NCBI GenBank assembly: GCA_046331325.1
Contig: JAXLRB010000020.1
Location: 4,075 to 68,074 of the forward strand
Length of the DNA: 64,000 nucleotides
From: Vicinamibacterales bacterium
GTDB taxonomy: Bacteria; Acidobacteriota; Vicinamibacteria; Vicinamibacterales; UBA2999
Direction: 5' to 3'
Translations under genes and position numbers: made by a program
Shown here: piece after piece, positions 48,011 through 57,949 of the stretch
How positions within the stretch are numbered: the first letter of the stretch is position 1
Layout: each line of letters opens with the position of its first letter
Notes under the pieces: generated by a model
What the model was told of the DNA's origin: nothing
What the model saw: only the letters and a program-made list of their open reading frames with translations
The model's database searches: none

Positions 48011-50431
48011 TCACCGCGTCGACAGCCCCATCGTCTCGAGCACTGCCGCGAATCTTGGCTCGTTGCGCAGCGGGTCCATCATCGGATCCAGGCGCGCCCG
48101 CGGCAGGAAGATGTCGTGGTCGGCCAGCGAGCGCTCCAGTTCATCGAGCGCCCTGGCGGTATCGCCCAGTGCGGCGTAGATGCAGGCGAACCAGTAGGTG
48201 CGCACGTAGCGCGTACGTTCCACCGCCCTCAGCCGCTCGACGTACTCCAGTGCCTCCACGCGTTTCCCCTGCGTCGCCATCGCCAGCGCCGCCACGAACA
48301 GCATCTCCGGATGCTCGGGCGCCTGCGCCAGTCCCTCCGACACGATCGCCACGGCGTCGGCGTGGTGCCCGTTCGCGACGTGCGCCAGGCCGGCCCAGTG
48401 ACGCGCGATCAGGAAGCGCGGGTCGAGCGCCATCGCCGTGCGCGCCTGCTCGAGCGCCTTCACATCCTGACGTGCATAGAGGTAACCGGTCACGAGCACG
48501 GAGTTGTTGATGAGCGACAACGGCTCGAGCGCCACGGCTTTGGTCAGTTCGTCCACCATGTCCTGCCCACGCCCCTGCGCCGACAGGTAGCTCGTGGCGT
48601 AGGCCAGGTGCGTGTACGACACGTTGGGATTGAGCGCCATCGCCTGCCGGAACTCGCGCTCGGCCGCCACCCAGTTCCAGTCGTAGATGGCCAGCGAGTC
48701 GCCGAGCGCGGCGTGCGCCTCGGCGAGGTCGGGATCGAGCTCGAGTGCCTTCGTCGCCGCGGCCTTCGCCGGGGGGATCGACTCGCGCGGCGACACGTCG
48801 GGGTCCTTGCCCATCGAGTTGTAGCAATCGGCGATCGCCGCGTAGGCCAGCGCGTAGCTCGGGTCCACCGCGATGGCGCGCTGGTAGAGCTCGATGGCTT
48901 TGAGGATCTCGTCCTTCGTGCGCTTCGCCCAGTGGAAGCGGCCCTGCAGGTACAGCTGGTAGGCCTCGTTACTGGCCGTGTACGACTTGGCCAGCGTCTG
49001 CTCAGCCTGCCCCGAGAGCTTCAGCTGCAGCCGGCGAGAGATCTCGGTGGCCATCTCGCGCTGCACGCCGAGCAGATCGGCCATCCGCCGTTCATACTGC
49101 TCGCCCCACAGCGTCTTCTTCTGCGCCACGTCCACCAGCTCGACGCTGATGAGCAGCGTGTCGCCGCGCTGGGTGATGCGCCCGGTCATCACGGCGCGCA
49201 CGCCGAGCTCCGCGGCGATCGCCACCGGATCGACGTCCTTCCCCTTGTAGCGGAACACCGAGCTGGCCGGACTGACGCGCACGGCGGCGATCTGCGACAG
49301 ACGATAGATCAGCGACTCGGCGAGGCCGTCCGCGAGGTACTCGGAGTCGGCGCTGCTGCCGCGGTTCTGGAATGGCAACACCGCGAGCGAATCCACCGGG
49401 TCGTCGACTGGCGCGCGCCACGCTCGCCCATACATTGCGCCGGCTACGGCGAGGATCACGAGCGCCGCGACGAGCCACCAGCGCCGACGCGGCGCCGCGG
49501 CCTCGTCGAGCCGGGGCGGCGCAGGTGCGTCGCCGGGCGGCGCGATGGCTGGCGACACGTCACGAGCGGCGTCGAGCAGCACGTTCGTCTGCACGCGCTG
49601 CAACTCGGCCACCAGCTCAGCGGCCGACTGGTAGCGCGCCTCGGGCGGCTTCGCGATCAGCCGCGTCACGATGCGGGCGAGATCGGGCGCGATCGCGGGG
49701 CCGAGGGGCGGCGGATCGTGGTCGACGATCGCGACAATCACGTGATTGATCGTCGCGCCGGTGAACGGCTGACGGCCGGTCAGCATCTCGTAGATCACCA
49801 CGCCGAGGCTGAAGAGATCGGTGCGGGCATCCACGGCGCGGCCGCTCGCCTGCTCGGGCGACATGTAGGCGGCCGTGCCCACGACCATGCCGGCCTGGGT
49901 GTGCGCGACCGTCTGCGTGGCGTCGGCGTCGGCGGCCGGCTCGCCCCCCACGAGCTTGGCGAGCCCGAAATCCAGCACCTTCAGGATGCCGTCGCGCCGC
50001 AGCATCAGGTTCTCGGGCTTGATGTCGCGATGGACGATGCCGGCGTCGTGAGCCGCCGCCAGCGCTCGCGCGGCCGCGACCGCAACGTCGAGCACGTCGC
50101 CGGTAGGCAGCGGACCGCGGTCGAGGCGGGCGCGCAGCGTCTCGCCATCCACGAACTCAGTGGCCAGGAAGTGGGTGTCGCCGACGGCGCCGAACTCGTG
50201 GATGGTGAGGATGCCCGGATGGTTCAGGGCCGAAGCCGACAGTGCTTCCTGCTCGAAGCGTCGCCGACGATCCTGATCGCGCGCCACGTCGTCGGGCAGC
50301 ACCTTGAGCGCCACCTTGCGATGCAGGGTGACGTCTTCGGCGAGATAGACCTCGCCCATGCCGCCGGCCCCGAGCTTCCTGACGACGCGGTAGTGCGAGA
50401 ACGTGCTGTCAGGGGCGAGACGCGGGTGCAT
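48011..50431 (-). CDS. membrane Ser/Thr protein kinase with periplasmic TolB-N-like and TPR repeat region
   Basis: ATG 50431. Hanks kinase motifs GAGGMGEVY, VALK, HRDIKPEN, DFGLA and SPEQ. One TM (WWLVAALVILAVAGAMY). The C-terminal half has repeated TPR-like A/Y/L patterns. Confidence 0.9.
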   Translation of the reverse strand: MHPRLAPDSTFSHYRVVRKLGAGGMGEVYLAEDVTLHRKVALKVLPDDVARDQDRRRRFEQEALSASALNHPGILTIHEFGAVGDTHFLATEFVDGETLRARLDRGPLPTGDVLDVAVAAARALAAAHDAGIVHRDIKPENLMLRRDGILKVLDFGLAKLVGGEPAADADATQTVAHTQAGMVVGTAAYMSPEQASGRAVDARTDLFSLGVVIYEMLTGRQPFTGATINHVIVAIVDHDPPPLGPAIAPDLARIVTRLIAKPPEARYQSAAELVAELQRVQTNVLLDAARDVSPAIAPPGDAPAPPRLDEAAAPRRRWWLVAALVILAVAGAMYGRAWRAPVDDPVDSLAVLPFQNRGSSADSEYLADGLAESLIYRLSQIAAVRVSPASSVFRYKGKDVDPVAIAAELGVRAVMTGRITQRGDTLLISVELVDVAQKKTLWGEQYERRMADLLGVQREMATEISRRLQLKLSGQAEQTLAKSYTASNEAYQLYLQGRFHWAKRTKDEILKAIELYQRAIAVDPSYALAYAAIADCYNSMGKDPDVSPRESIPPAKAAATKALELDPDLAEAHAALGDSLAIYDWNWVAAEREFRQAMALNPNVSYTHLAYATSYLSAQGRGQDMVDELTKAVALEPLSLINNSVLVTGYLYARQDVKALEQARTAMALDPRFLIARHWAGLAHVANGHHADAVAIVSEGLAQAPEHPEMLFVAALAMATQGKRVEALEYVERLRAVERTRYVRTYWFACIYAALGDTARALDELERSLADHDIFLPRARLDPMMDPLRNEPRFAAVLETMGLSTR

Positions 50432-50489
50432 CGGGGGCGAGGGCCGGGCTATCGTCGCACACCCGGCCCACACTTCCCACGGCCGGCGC

Positions 50490-50693
50490 CTACTTCCGCG
50501 GCACGATCGGCGGATCCGTCTTCTTCGCGATCTCGCGGGAACGCCGCTCGGTGTAGGCCAGCGGGCTCTCGCCCGCCTTCGGCCCGGAGGCCGCGTCGTC
50601 GGGCTCGGCGCCGGCGGGCGTCTGGCGCTGGGAGATGCGGCGGCGCAGCGCGTCGGCGCGGGCCTTCGAATCGCGTGTGTCGTCGCCGCTCAT
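50490..50693 (-). CDS. 67-aa charged hypothetical protein
   Basis: ATG 50693 preceded by GAGGAGG, 17 nt after the upstream stop. Composition is charged and disordered (MSGDDTRDSKARADALRRRISQRQ...). Coding status is supported mainly by the strong RBS and its position in the operon. Confidence 0.5.
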   Translation of the reverse strand: MSGDDTRDSKARADALRRRISQRQTPAGAEPDDAASGPKAGESPLAYTERRSREIAKKTDPPIVPRK

Positions 50694-50710
50694 CCCCGCC
50701 TCCTCATCCG

Positions 50711-51634
50711 TCAGCGTCGCCGACGCAGGGCCGCGGTGGCTTTCACGCGCGCCGTCGCCGCCGTCTTCACCGCCGCCAGCCGCTCGCGAATGGCCTTCGC
50801 GCGCGCCTCGCTCGACTCTTGCGTGGTGTCGCCAGCCGAGGTCACGCCACGCATGCGCAGACTGCGCGGTGTCAGCTTCATCACCGCCTTGGGCGGCCGG
50901 GTGACGGCGTCGATCGCGCTGCGTACCGACATCTTCCCGAGCAGGCTACCGAACACGGTCTCGTTGTTCAAGTCGACGACGTGCGGCACCTTGGTCGAGA
51001 CGTCGTCCTTGAACATGCGCAGCTGCATCCAGTGCCGCGTGACCGGGTCGTACCAGCTGATATAGCCGCCCTTCAGCACGGTGCGTGGGGCCTTGATGGC
51101 GCCGGTGAAGCTGTAGCGCACGCCGGGCGCGGCCACGGGGTCGAAGAAGTCGGGGGTGTAGAAGTCGGACACGCGGACGCCGTTCACCTGGTAGCCGAAC
51201 TCCTCCGACTCGCTGGGATCGGCCACTTCCACCAGGTAGTTCACGCGCCGTTTCGGCAGGCCGACGTCGATGGCCTGCTGCAGCAGGTTGCCGGCGCGCA
51301 TGCGGCGGCCGAACGGATCGGCCAGCATCTCCACCACTTCGTGGCTCGCCGTCACCGACCAGCCGGGCCCGAACTCGACCACCGCGAATGGCTGTCCGTT
51401 CTCGTCGTCGTGGAAGCCGGCGGCGTCCTCCACGTTGCGCTGCACGATCACCGGCCAGTAGTCGGTGGGCACGTCCTCGAGGCTGGCGAAGGCGTCGACC
51501 GTGGCCGCCACTTTCCAGATCGGCCCGAAGTCGCGCGAGGCCTGCTTCGAAAGCGCCGCGGCCACTTTGGTGAGCTCACGCGATTTCAGCTCCGCCACAT
51601 CCGACACCAATGCCACGTTCACGCTCAGACCCAT
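50711..51634 (-). CDS. 307-aa hypothetical protein (no family recognised)
   Basis: ATG 51634 preceded by AAGGAGG. Normal globular composition for 240 aa (SHEVVEMLADPFG, YLVEVADPSESEEFGYQVNG, GGYISWYDPVTRHWMQL), then a basic, low-complexity tail. Confidence 0.6.
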   Translation of the reverse strand: MGLSVNVALVSDVAELKSRELTKVAAALSKQASRDFGPIWKVAATVDAFASLEDVPTDYWPVIVQRNVEDAAGFHDDENGQPFAVVEFGPGWSVTASHEVVEMLADPFGRRMRAGNLLQQAIDVGLPKRRVNYLVEVADPSESEEFGYQVNGVRVSDFYTPDFFDPVAAPGVRYSFTGAIKAPRTVLKGGYISWYDPVTRHWMQLRMFKDDVSTKVPHVVDLNNETVFGSLLGKMSVRSAIDAVTRPPKAVMKLTPRSLRMRGVTSAGDTTQESSEARAKAIRERLAAVKTAATARVKATAALRRRR

Positions 51635-51776
51635 GTGCGCCTCCTTGCCGTTCCGTCAATGCGGCCTGCCCGCGCGATTCAACAGCCTACGAGGGTTTGG
51701 ACGGCCCGATGGCCGGGTTTCAGGCGGGCCAGTCAGATCTCGTGCAACGGCGGCCAGCGGCGTTCGCCGCGCGGTG

Positions 51777-53033
51777 TCATTGCACCGTTGACAGGAAGGC
51801 CCGACGCCGTGGCACGAACTGACGGATCTCGTTGACGCGCGTGTCGTACTCGTCGTTGGTCGCGCGCTTGCGGAGGTCGGCGATGATGTCGGCTCTGGCG
51901 CGGCACAGCACGTGGTCGATGCGCGCGTCGAGGAACGTCGGCGACGCGGCGTGCGTGGCGATGCGAGCGGCCATCGCCAGCATGCGCGCGCGCAGCGCAG
52001 GATACGACAGCAGGCGCTCGACCAGCGCGTTCTCCTGCCCCTGGCCCCCGATCAGCGCGCCGGCGAAGGGGTCGGCGTCGGTGACGATCGACTCACCCAG
52101 CACGTCCTCCGCGGGCGACCACATATGCCCGAACGTGAGATCGAGATCCCACGGCAGCACCATCCAGCCGCGCGATCCGTCGGCGGGCCGATACAGGTAG
52201 TAGTTCTTCCGCACGTGATCGTGGTTCTGCAGCACGGCCATGCCCGCCAGATACACGAGCACGTCATCGACCGCGATCGCGTGCACGGCCTCGTCGGCGA
52301 AGGCATGCGGCTTCAGGGTGAGCACCCGCTCCACCAGATCGCGCAACGCCGCGAGGTCGCGCGGGCCATCGCCGTGGGCTTCGTACACCGAGGCATACGA
52401 CGCCTCGGCCATCGGCCGCAGATTGCCCGGCTGCCCACCCAGCGGCGGGTCGGCCTCGACCAGCTGACCGGCGCGATCGAGATGACGCGCTGCGACGAAC
52501 TCGGCATCGATGCGCTCCACGTGGAGCATCACGCCGTAGAACTCGCCGTTCAGGTCGAGGTGCACGTACTCTGCCCGTGGCGTCGGCAGCCAGGTGGCCG
52601 ATCGGAACAGCTCGTACGACAGGTACGTGCGCAGTAGCGACTTGTCGTTCCACTCGCCGCGCAGGATCAGGTGGCGGCGTCCGCCGATGCTGTCGCCCTC
52701 GGGCAGGTCGATGCGGAACGACTTCTTCACGAAGTCGCGGCTCGTGCCGCCGTGCAGGCGCACCCGCGCCTGGTGCACGACGCCTCCCGCCGCGATCGTG
52801 GCGTCGACGTAACGGTTGGCGTGCGGATCGGCGACGAGCTCCGCCAGGCGCGCCGGGTCGATCGTGAGCGCCCAGACCGGCAAGGGATCGCATTCGGCCG
52901 GCACGGCCGCGGGCGCCGGCCACGGCAACTGTTCGAGCGGGGTCAGGTCGTGCGGCCAGCGTGACGGATCCGCGCAGCCCCAGGCCGCCATGAGCAGCAT
53001 GCCGCACACCAGCCGTCCCATCCGTCGCATCAT
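51777..53033 (-). CDS. CotH-family (atypical protein kinase fold) lipoprotein
   Basis: Signal with lipobox LLMAAWGC. CotH motifs KKSFRIDL, LRGEWNDKSLLR, NHDHVRKNYYLY and LPWDLDLTFG. Confidence 0.8.
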   Translation of the reverse strand: MMRRMGRLVCGMLLMAAWGCADPSRWPHDLTPLEQLPWPAPAAVPAECDPLPVWALTIDPARLAELVADPHANRYVDATIAAGGVVHQARVRLHGGTSRDFVKKSFRIDLPEGDSIGGRRHLILRGEWNDKSLLRTYLSYELFRSATWLPTPRAEYVHLDLNGEFYGVMLHVERIDAEFVAARHLDRAGQLVEADPPLGGQPGNLRPMAEASYASVYEAHGDGPRDLAALRDLVERVLTLKPHAFADEAVHAIAVDDVLVYLAGMAVLQNHDHVRKNYYLYRPADGSRGWMVLPWDLDLTFGHMWSPAEDVLGESIVTDADPFAGALIGGQGQENALVERLLSYPALRARMLAMAARIATHAASPTFLDARIDHVLCRARADIIADLRKRATNDEYDTRVNEIRQFVPRRRAFLSTVQ

Positions 53034-53079
53034 CCGGCCGGGATATCGGCCCGGGCCGGGCGGGCCGTGAGCGCTCGCG

Positions 53080-54654
53080 CTACTGCGCCGAGAAGTTCGG
53101 ACGGCCCTTGCGCAGCACGTACTTCTGGATCTTGCCGGTGGCGGTCTTCGGCAACTCCGCGACCGCGGTGAAGCTGTGCGGCGTCTTGAAGTGCGCCAGC
53201 CGCTCGCGGCAGAACGTGCGCAGCTCCGCCGGCGTCGCCTCGCGCCCCTGACGGAACACGACGAAGGCGTGCGGCGCCTCGCCCCACTTCTCGTCGGGAA
53301 ATCCGACCACGGCCACTTCCTGCACCGCGTCGTGGCGCAGCAGCGTCGCCTCGACCTCTACCGACGAGATGTTCTCGCCGCCGCTGATGATCACGTCCTT
53401 CAGGCGGTCGCGGATCTCGATGTAGCCGTCGGGATGCACCACCGCCGCATCGCCCGAGTGGAACCAGCCGTCGCCCATGGCCCGCGCCGTCGCCTCGGGG
53501 TCGTTGTAGTAGCCGGCCATCACGACGTTGCCGCGCACGACGATCTCGCCCTGCGTCTCGCCGTCGTTCGGCACCTCGTGCCCGTGGTCGTCGAGCACGC
53601 GCACCTCACCGGCGGTCACCTGCTCCACGCCCTGTCGCGCCTTCTGCTTCGCGCGGCCCTCGGCGTCGAGCTCGCGGTGCTCGGGCCGGATCTCGGAATA
53701 CGTCATGAACGGTGACGTCTCGGTGAGCCCGTAGAGCTGATGCACTTCCCAGCGCAGCTCGTCTTCGATCCGCTGAATCGTGGCCGCCGCCGGCGGTGCA
53801 CCGGCGGTGAGGATGCGCACGCCCTTCGGCACGCCGCTCCGCATCTCCTCCGGCGCGTTGGCGAGACCGATCAGCACCGTCGGCGCGGCGCACATGAAGG
53901 TCACGCCTTCCTCGCGCACCAGGCGGTAGATGGCGGCGGGATCGACCTTGCGCAGACACACGTGGCGCGCGCCCATCGCCGTGACGGCCCACGTATAGGT
54001 CCAGCCGTTGGCGTGGAACATCGGCAGCGTCCACAGGTAGCGATCCGCCGTCGACAGCGGCAGGTGCGCCAGGTGGCCCATCACGTTCACCCAGTCGTTG
54101 CGGTGCGTGATCATCACGCCCTTGGGCCGCGAAGTGGTGCCGCTCGTGTAGTTGATCGTGAGCAGATCCCGCTCGTCGATAGCCGGCCGCACCACCGCAT
54201 CGGACGCGTGCGCGGCGACCAGCGCCGCGTAGTCGAGCCAGCCCTCCCGCGCACCCGCCAGCGCCACGAAGTGCCGCACGCCGGGCAGCTGCCCGCGAAT
54301 GCCGTCGACCGCGTCGAGATACTCGTGATCCACGCACACGACCACCGCGCCGCTGTGTGCGATCAGGTACTGGAACTCTTCCACCGACAGGCGGAAGTTG
54401 ATCGGCACGAGCACCGCGCCGATCTGCGGCACGGCGTAGAACGAAGCGAGCTGCGCGTGCCCGTTCGGCGCGATGTAGGCCACGCGGTCGCCCTGCTGTA
54501 CGCCCAGCGCCTGCAACGCCGCCGACCACCGGTCGCAATGGTCGAAGAACTGGCCGTAGGTCCAGCGCAGGGTGTCGTCGACGACGCCGAGACGGTCGGA
54601 ATAGAGGCGCCTGGCGCGGCGCATGAACTCCAGCGGCGTGAGCGGGATCTCCAT
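53080..54654 (-). CDS. AMP-dependent synthetase/ligase (acyl-CoA synthetase)
   Basis: AMP-binding motif YTSGTTSRPKGV, then GWFHSGD, and a C-terminal KTATGKIQK lysine motif. Confidence 0.85.
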   Translation of the reverse strand: MEIPLTPLEFMRRARRLYSDRLGVVDDTLRWTYGQFFDHCDRWSAALQALGVQQGDRVAYIAPNGHAQLASFYAVPQIGAVLVPINFRLSVEEFQYLIAHSGAVVVCVDHEYLDAVDGIRGQLPGVRHFVALAGAREGWLDYAALVAAHASDAVVRPAIDERDLLTINYTSGTTSRPKGVMITHRNDWVNVMGHLAHLPLSTADRYLWTLPMFHANGWTYTWAVTAMGARHVCLRKVDPAAIYRLVREEGVTFMCAAPTVLIGLANAPEEMRSGVPKGVRILTAGAPPAAATIQRIEDELRWEVHQLYGLTETSPFMTYSEIRPEHRELDAEGRAKQKARQGVEQVTAGEVRVLDDHGHEVPNDGETQGEIVVRGNVVMAGYYNDPEATARAMGDGWFHSGDAAVVHPDGYIEIRDRLKDVIISGGENISSVEVEATLLRHDAVQEVAVVGFPDEKWGEAPHAFVVFRQGREATPAELRTFCRERLAHFKTPHSFTAVAELPKTATGKIQKYVLRKGRPNFSAQ

Positions 54655-54702
54655 GGCCGGATGGTAGCCGAACCGTCGAGCCGGCGCATGGCCGGCCGGC
54701 GA

Positions 54703-55935
54703 TCAACGCGTGTCGCGCCGGCGCCGCAGGAACGCGCGCTCGGCCTCGTTGGCCGTCGCCGCGATGGCGGCGTCGTAGGCCACGGCGGCCTCGTCGTCGC
54801 GTCCGAGCCGACGCAACAGATCGGCGCGCACGGCATGGAACACGTGGAAGCCGCCGAGCGGCAGCGCGTCCACGAGCGCCAGCGCGTCGCCGGCCCCGCG
54901 CACTTCAGCCACGGCCACCGCACGATTCAGCGCCACGATGGGCGTCGGCTGCACGGCCAGCAACTGGTCGTACAGCGCGAGCACCTGCCGCCAGTCGGTC
55001 GCCGCCGCCGTGGGCGCGTCGGCGTGCACGGCCTGAATCGCCGCCTGCAGCTGATACGGACCGGGACGATTCACGCGCAGGCATTCGCGCACCAATGCAT
55101 GCCCCTCTTCGACCAGCGCGCGGCTCCAGCGCGTCCGGTCCTGGTCGGCGAGCAGCACCAGGTCGCCCTCCGCCGAGGTGCGCGTGTCGCGGCGCGCGTC
55201 CACGAGCAGCATCAGCGCCAGCAGGCCCGCCACTTCGGGCTCGTGCGGCAGCAGCTCCCGCAGCAGCCGCCCGAGCCGGATCGCCTCGGCGCACAAGTCG
55301 CCGCGCGTGAGCTGGTCGCCGCTCGACGCCGTGTAGCCTTCGTTGAAGACGAGATACACCACGGCCAGCACTCCGGCGAGGCGGTCCGGGAGGTCCGCGG
55401 CCTCGGGCACGCGGTACGGGATGCGGGCGTCGCGAATCTTGTGCTTGGCGCGCGTGAGCCGCTGCGCCATCGTCGGCTCGGGCACGAGGAACGCGCGAGC
55501 GATGGCCGCCGTGGAGAGACCGCCGAGCAGCCGCAGCGTGAGCGCCACGCGCGCCTGCAGCGCCAGTGCCGGATGGCAACACGTGAAGAGCATCCGCAGA
55601 CGATCGTCGTCGATGACGCCCGCGTCATCGACGTTCTCGCGTCCGAGCGCCTCGAGAGCCGCAGCCTCGGCATGACGCGCGTCGCGCGACGACTCGCGAC
55701 GCAGGCGGTCGATCAGCTTCCGCTTCGCGGTGGTGACGAGCCAGCCCACGGGGCTCGGCGGCACGCCAGCCGCCGGCCAGTGCACGATCGCGGCGGCGAG
55801 CGCGTCCTGCACGGCGTCTTCGGCAAGATCGATGTCGCCGGCGACGCGCGTGAGGATGGCGACCGCGCGCGTGGTGTCGGCCGGCACCAGGCGCGCGATC
55901 GCGGCTGCCGCGTCAGGAGGCGGCGCGCCGGTCAT
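54703..55935 (-). CDS. extended ECF-like sigma-70 family factor (about 410 aa, long C-terminal domain)
   Basis: Region 2 (DAVQDALAAAIVHWP, GWLVTTAKRKLIDRLRRE) and region 4 (LGGLSTAAIARAFLVPEPTMAQRLTRAKHKI), followed by roughly 230 aa that are TPR-like. 1-nt overlap with the YCII stop. Confidence 0.8.
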   Translation of the reverse strand: MTGAPPPDAAAAIARLVPADTTRAVAILTRVAGDIDLAEDAVQDALAAAIVHWPAAGVPPSPVGWLVTTAKRKLIDRLRRESSRDARHAEAAALEALGRENVDDAGVIDDDRLRMLFTCCHPALALQARVALTLRLLGGLSTAAIARAFLVPEPTMAQRLTRAKHKIRDARIPYRVPEAADLPDRLAGVLAVVYLVFNEGYTASSGDQLTRGDLCAEAIRLGRLLRELLPHEPEVAGLLALMLLVDARRDTRTSAEGDLVLLADQDRTRWSRALVEEGHALVRECLRVNRPGPYQLQAAIQAVHADAPTAAATDWRQVLALYDQLLAVQPTPIVALNRAVAVAEVRGAGDALALVDALPLGGFHVFHAVRADLLRRLGRDDEAAVAYDAAIAATANEAERAFLRRRRDTR

Positions 55936-56276
55936 CAGTGACGGAACGGCCGCACTTCGATCGGCAGCGTGGTGGCGCGCGACAGCTTGCGCGCCCAGTC
56001 GAGCGCGGCATCGAGATCGGCGGCGCGGATCACGGTGAAGCCGCCGAGGTGCTCCTTGCCTTCGACATACGGTCCGTCGGTGACGAGCACGTCACCCTGG
56101 GCCACCTTCACCACCGTGGCGCTCGAGGCGTCGTGCAGGCCGCCGGCGAACACCCAGGCGCCGGCCGCCTGCATCTCGGTGGTGAGGGCGCCCACGTCGG
56201 CCATGATGCGTTCGAGATTCACCGTCGGGGGCGGCGGGCCATCGGGCTGGTAGATGCTGAGCAGGTATTGGGTCAT
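55935..56276 (-). CDS. YCII-related domain protein
   Basis: 113 aa. Motifs MTQYLLSIY, GPYVEGKEHLGGFTVI and DLDAALDWA are typical of YciI-like proteins paired with this sigma type. Confidence 0.85.
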   Translation of the reverse strand: MTQYLLSIYQPDGPPPPTVNLERIMADVGALTTEMQAAGAWVFAGGLHDASSATVVKVAQGDVLVTDGPYVEGKEHLGGFTVIRAADLDAALDWARKLSRATTLPIEVRPFRH

Positions 56277-56339
56277 GGTGAGCCTCCACCACCTACACGA
56301 ACGGACCCGGGCCGGATCGACAGCGGCGACCCGTGTCGG

Positions 56340-57939
56340 CTACTTCAGCGCGCGAAACGACGCGAAATCGCGCCACACGCGGTCGAGCACGCTCGAGGGC
56401 ACGGTGACGGTCTCGGCCAGGGTGGGCGCCTTCTCGGAGAACACGTCGAGCCGCACCTCGCCGCACGACGCCGAGATGGCCCCCGGATCGAACGCGTACA
56501 GCCCTTCGTAGACAGCCTCGCGCTCGGAGATACGACGCTCGATGAGCAGCGGGTGGATCGGCGTGACCTCGGTGGTGCCGCAGGTGACGCGCATGCGCTG
56601 GAAGCCGGGCTTGAACTTCAGGAACGCCGGCAACGCGATGCCCTGCGTGAGCGCCACGCCGCGCGCCATGCGCGTCCAGAACGCCTCGGCCTGCTTCGGC
56701 GTGACGCGCAGCAGCAGCACCGACGGAAAGTCCGAGACGTAGGCGGTCCAGTTCGCGAAGTCCGACGCCTGCGCCTGGCCCGCGAACGCCACGACCGGCG
56801 TGATGAAGGCGATGTCGAAGCCTGCCGTGGAGACGACGTAGGGATTCAGGCTGCCGACACGCACTTTGGCGGCGGCCTGCAGGTCGTCCTCCGTCACGGC
56901 ACGCGTCGGTTCCACGGGCAGCGGCGCCGCCGACGGTGCCGGTGTCGACGCCAGCTTCGCCTCCGCGGCGGTGAGCACCGCGCACACGGCGTCGAGGCGC
57001 GGGATCCGCGTGTCGTCACCGCGCTTGCGCTCGTCCTCGTTCACGATCGACGTGATGCCCATCACGGCGCCCGTCGACGAGAACGCGGGTCCACCGGCGC
57101 CGCCGGTGCCGACGTCGAGATCGGCGGTGACGACGCCCGGCTGCACGCGCATCACGATGCCGTTCATCGTGCGCGGCGTGCCACGCATGCGCACGCCGAT
57201 CGCGAAGACGTCCTGCTTCACGGCGATCGCGGGCGCGGGCGGCGGCGTGGCGCCGCACCCGAGCGGCAGCGGCTTCACCGCGGCCACGGCCTCGGGCGCC
57301 ACCCGCAGCACCGCGACGTCGCGCGCGGCATCGGCCACGAGCACGGTGGCGGCCACCTTCGCGGCGGGCGTCACCTGCACTTCCACCGTCGTCGCCGGGC
57401 CCAGCACGCGCTGACTCGTGACGATCAGGCCTCGTGCGTCGACCACCGCGCCCGACGCCGGCGCGATCGGCGTCCAGAGGCCGAGCACGCTCGCCTGCCA
57501 GGGCAACAGCGCGTCTTCCGGATCGACCGGCCGCGCGGGACCGGCGCCACTGGACGCCGCGGCCTCGAGCGTGCTCACCTCGGCATTGGCGGCGGTGAAC
57601 GCGAACGTCGTCTCGCGACCGGCCACGACGTCGAGGGTGCGCGTCCACTGGTAGGCCCGGCCCTGGAAGGCCAGCGGCCGATCCGATTCGATCGTGTAGT
57701 TGCCCGCCGGCAGCGTCACGACCGCCGAGCCGTCGGCGCCCGGTCAGCACGCGACGCGGCGCCCGCGTGGGCGGGTTGTCGCTGACGAGCAGCGCGTGTC
57801 GCGGGATCGGCGTGACCTGCTGCGCGGCGTCGACCACACTGACGCTGACGCGCAGGGTGCCGGTGGCTGACTGGCTCGTGGCCAGCGCCGACAGCAGCAC
57901 CAGCGTGGCAAGCGTCGCGAGTGGCGTTCGGAAACGCAT
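56340..57939 (-). pseudogene. secreted trypsin-fold (S1C-like) protein lacking catalytic His and Ser; one frame disruption as sequenced
   Basis: ATG 57939: MRFRTPLATLATLVLLSALATSQSATGTLRVSVSVVD... (signal plus a CarboxypepD_reg-like beta domain). The frame shifts at the CCC run 57739-57741 into ORF 56340..57719. The protease-like core reads GLIVTSQRVL (His position), DVAVLRV (Asp) and GTGGAGGPAF (Ser position is Ala). Confidence 0.6.
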
Positions 57940-57949
57940 CGAGACGAGT

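Noticed and set aside
48116-51835. A 1239-aa plus-strand ORF, and many similar long ORFs (for example 282..1952+, 2527..4053-, 4185..5816-, 6655..8493+, 16128..17171-, 22514..24334+, 54905..57785 region)
   Set aside because: The translations are dominated by Arg/Ala/Gly/Pro/His runs with no recognisable motifs. They lie antisense or out of frame to genes with clear family signatures. These are typical shadow ORFs of stop-poor high-GC DNA.
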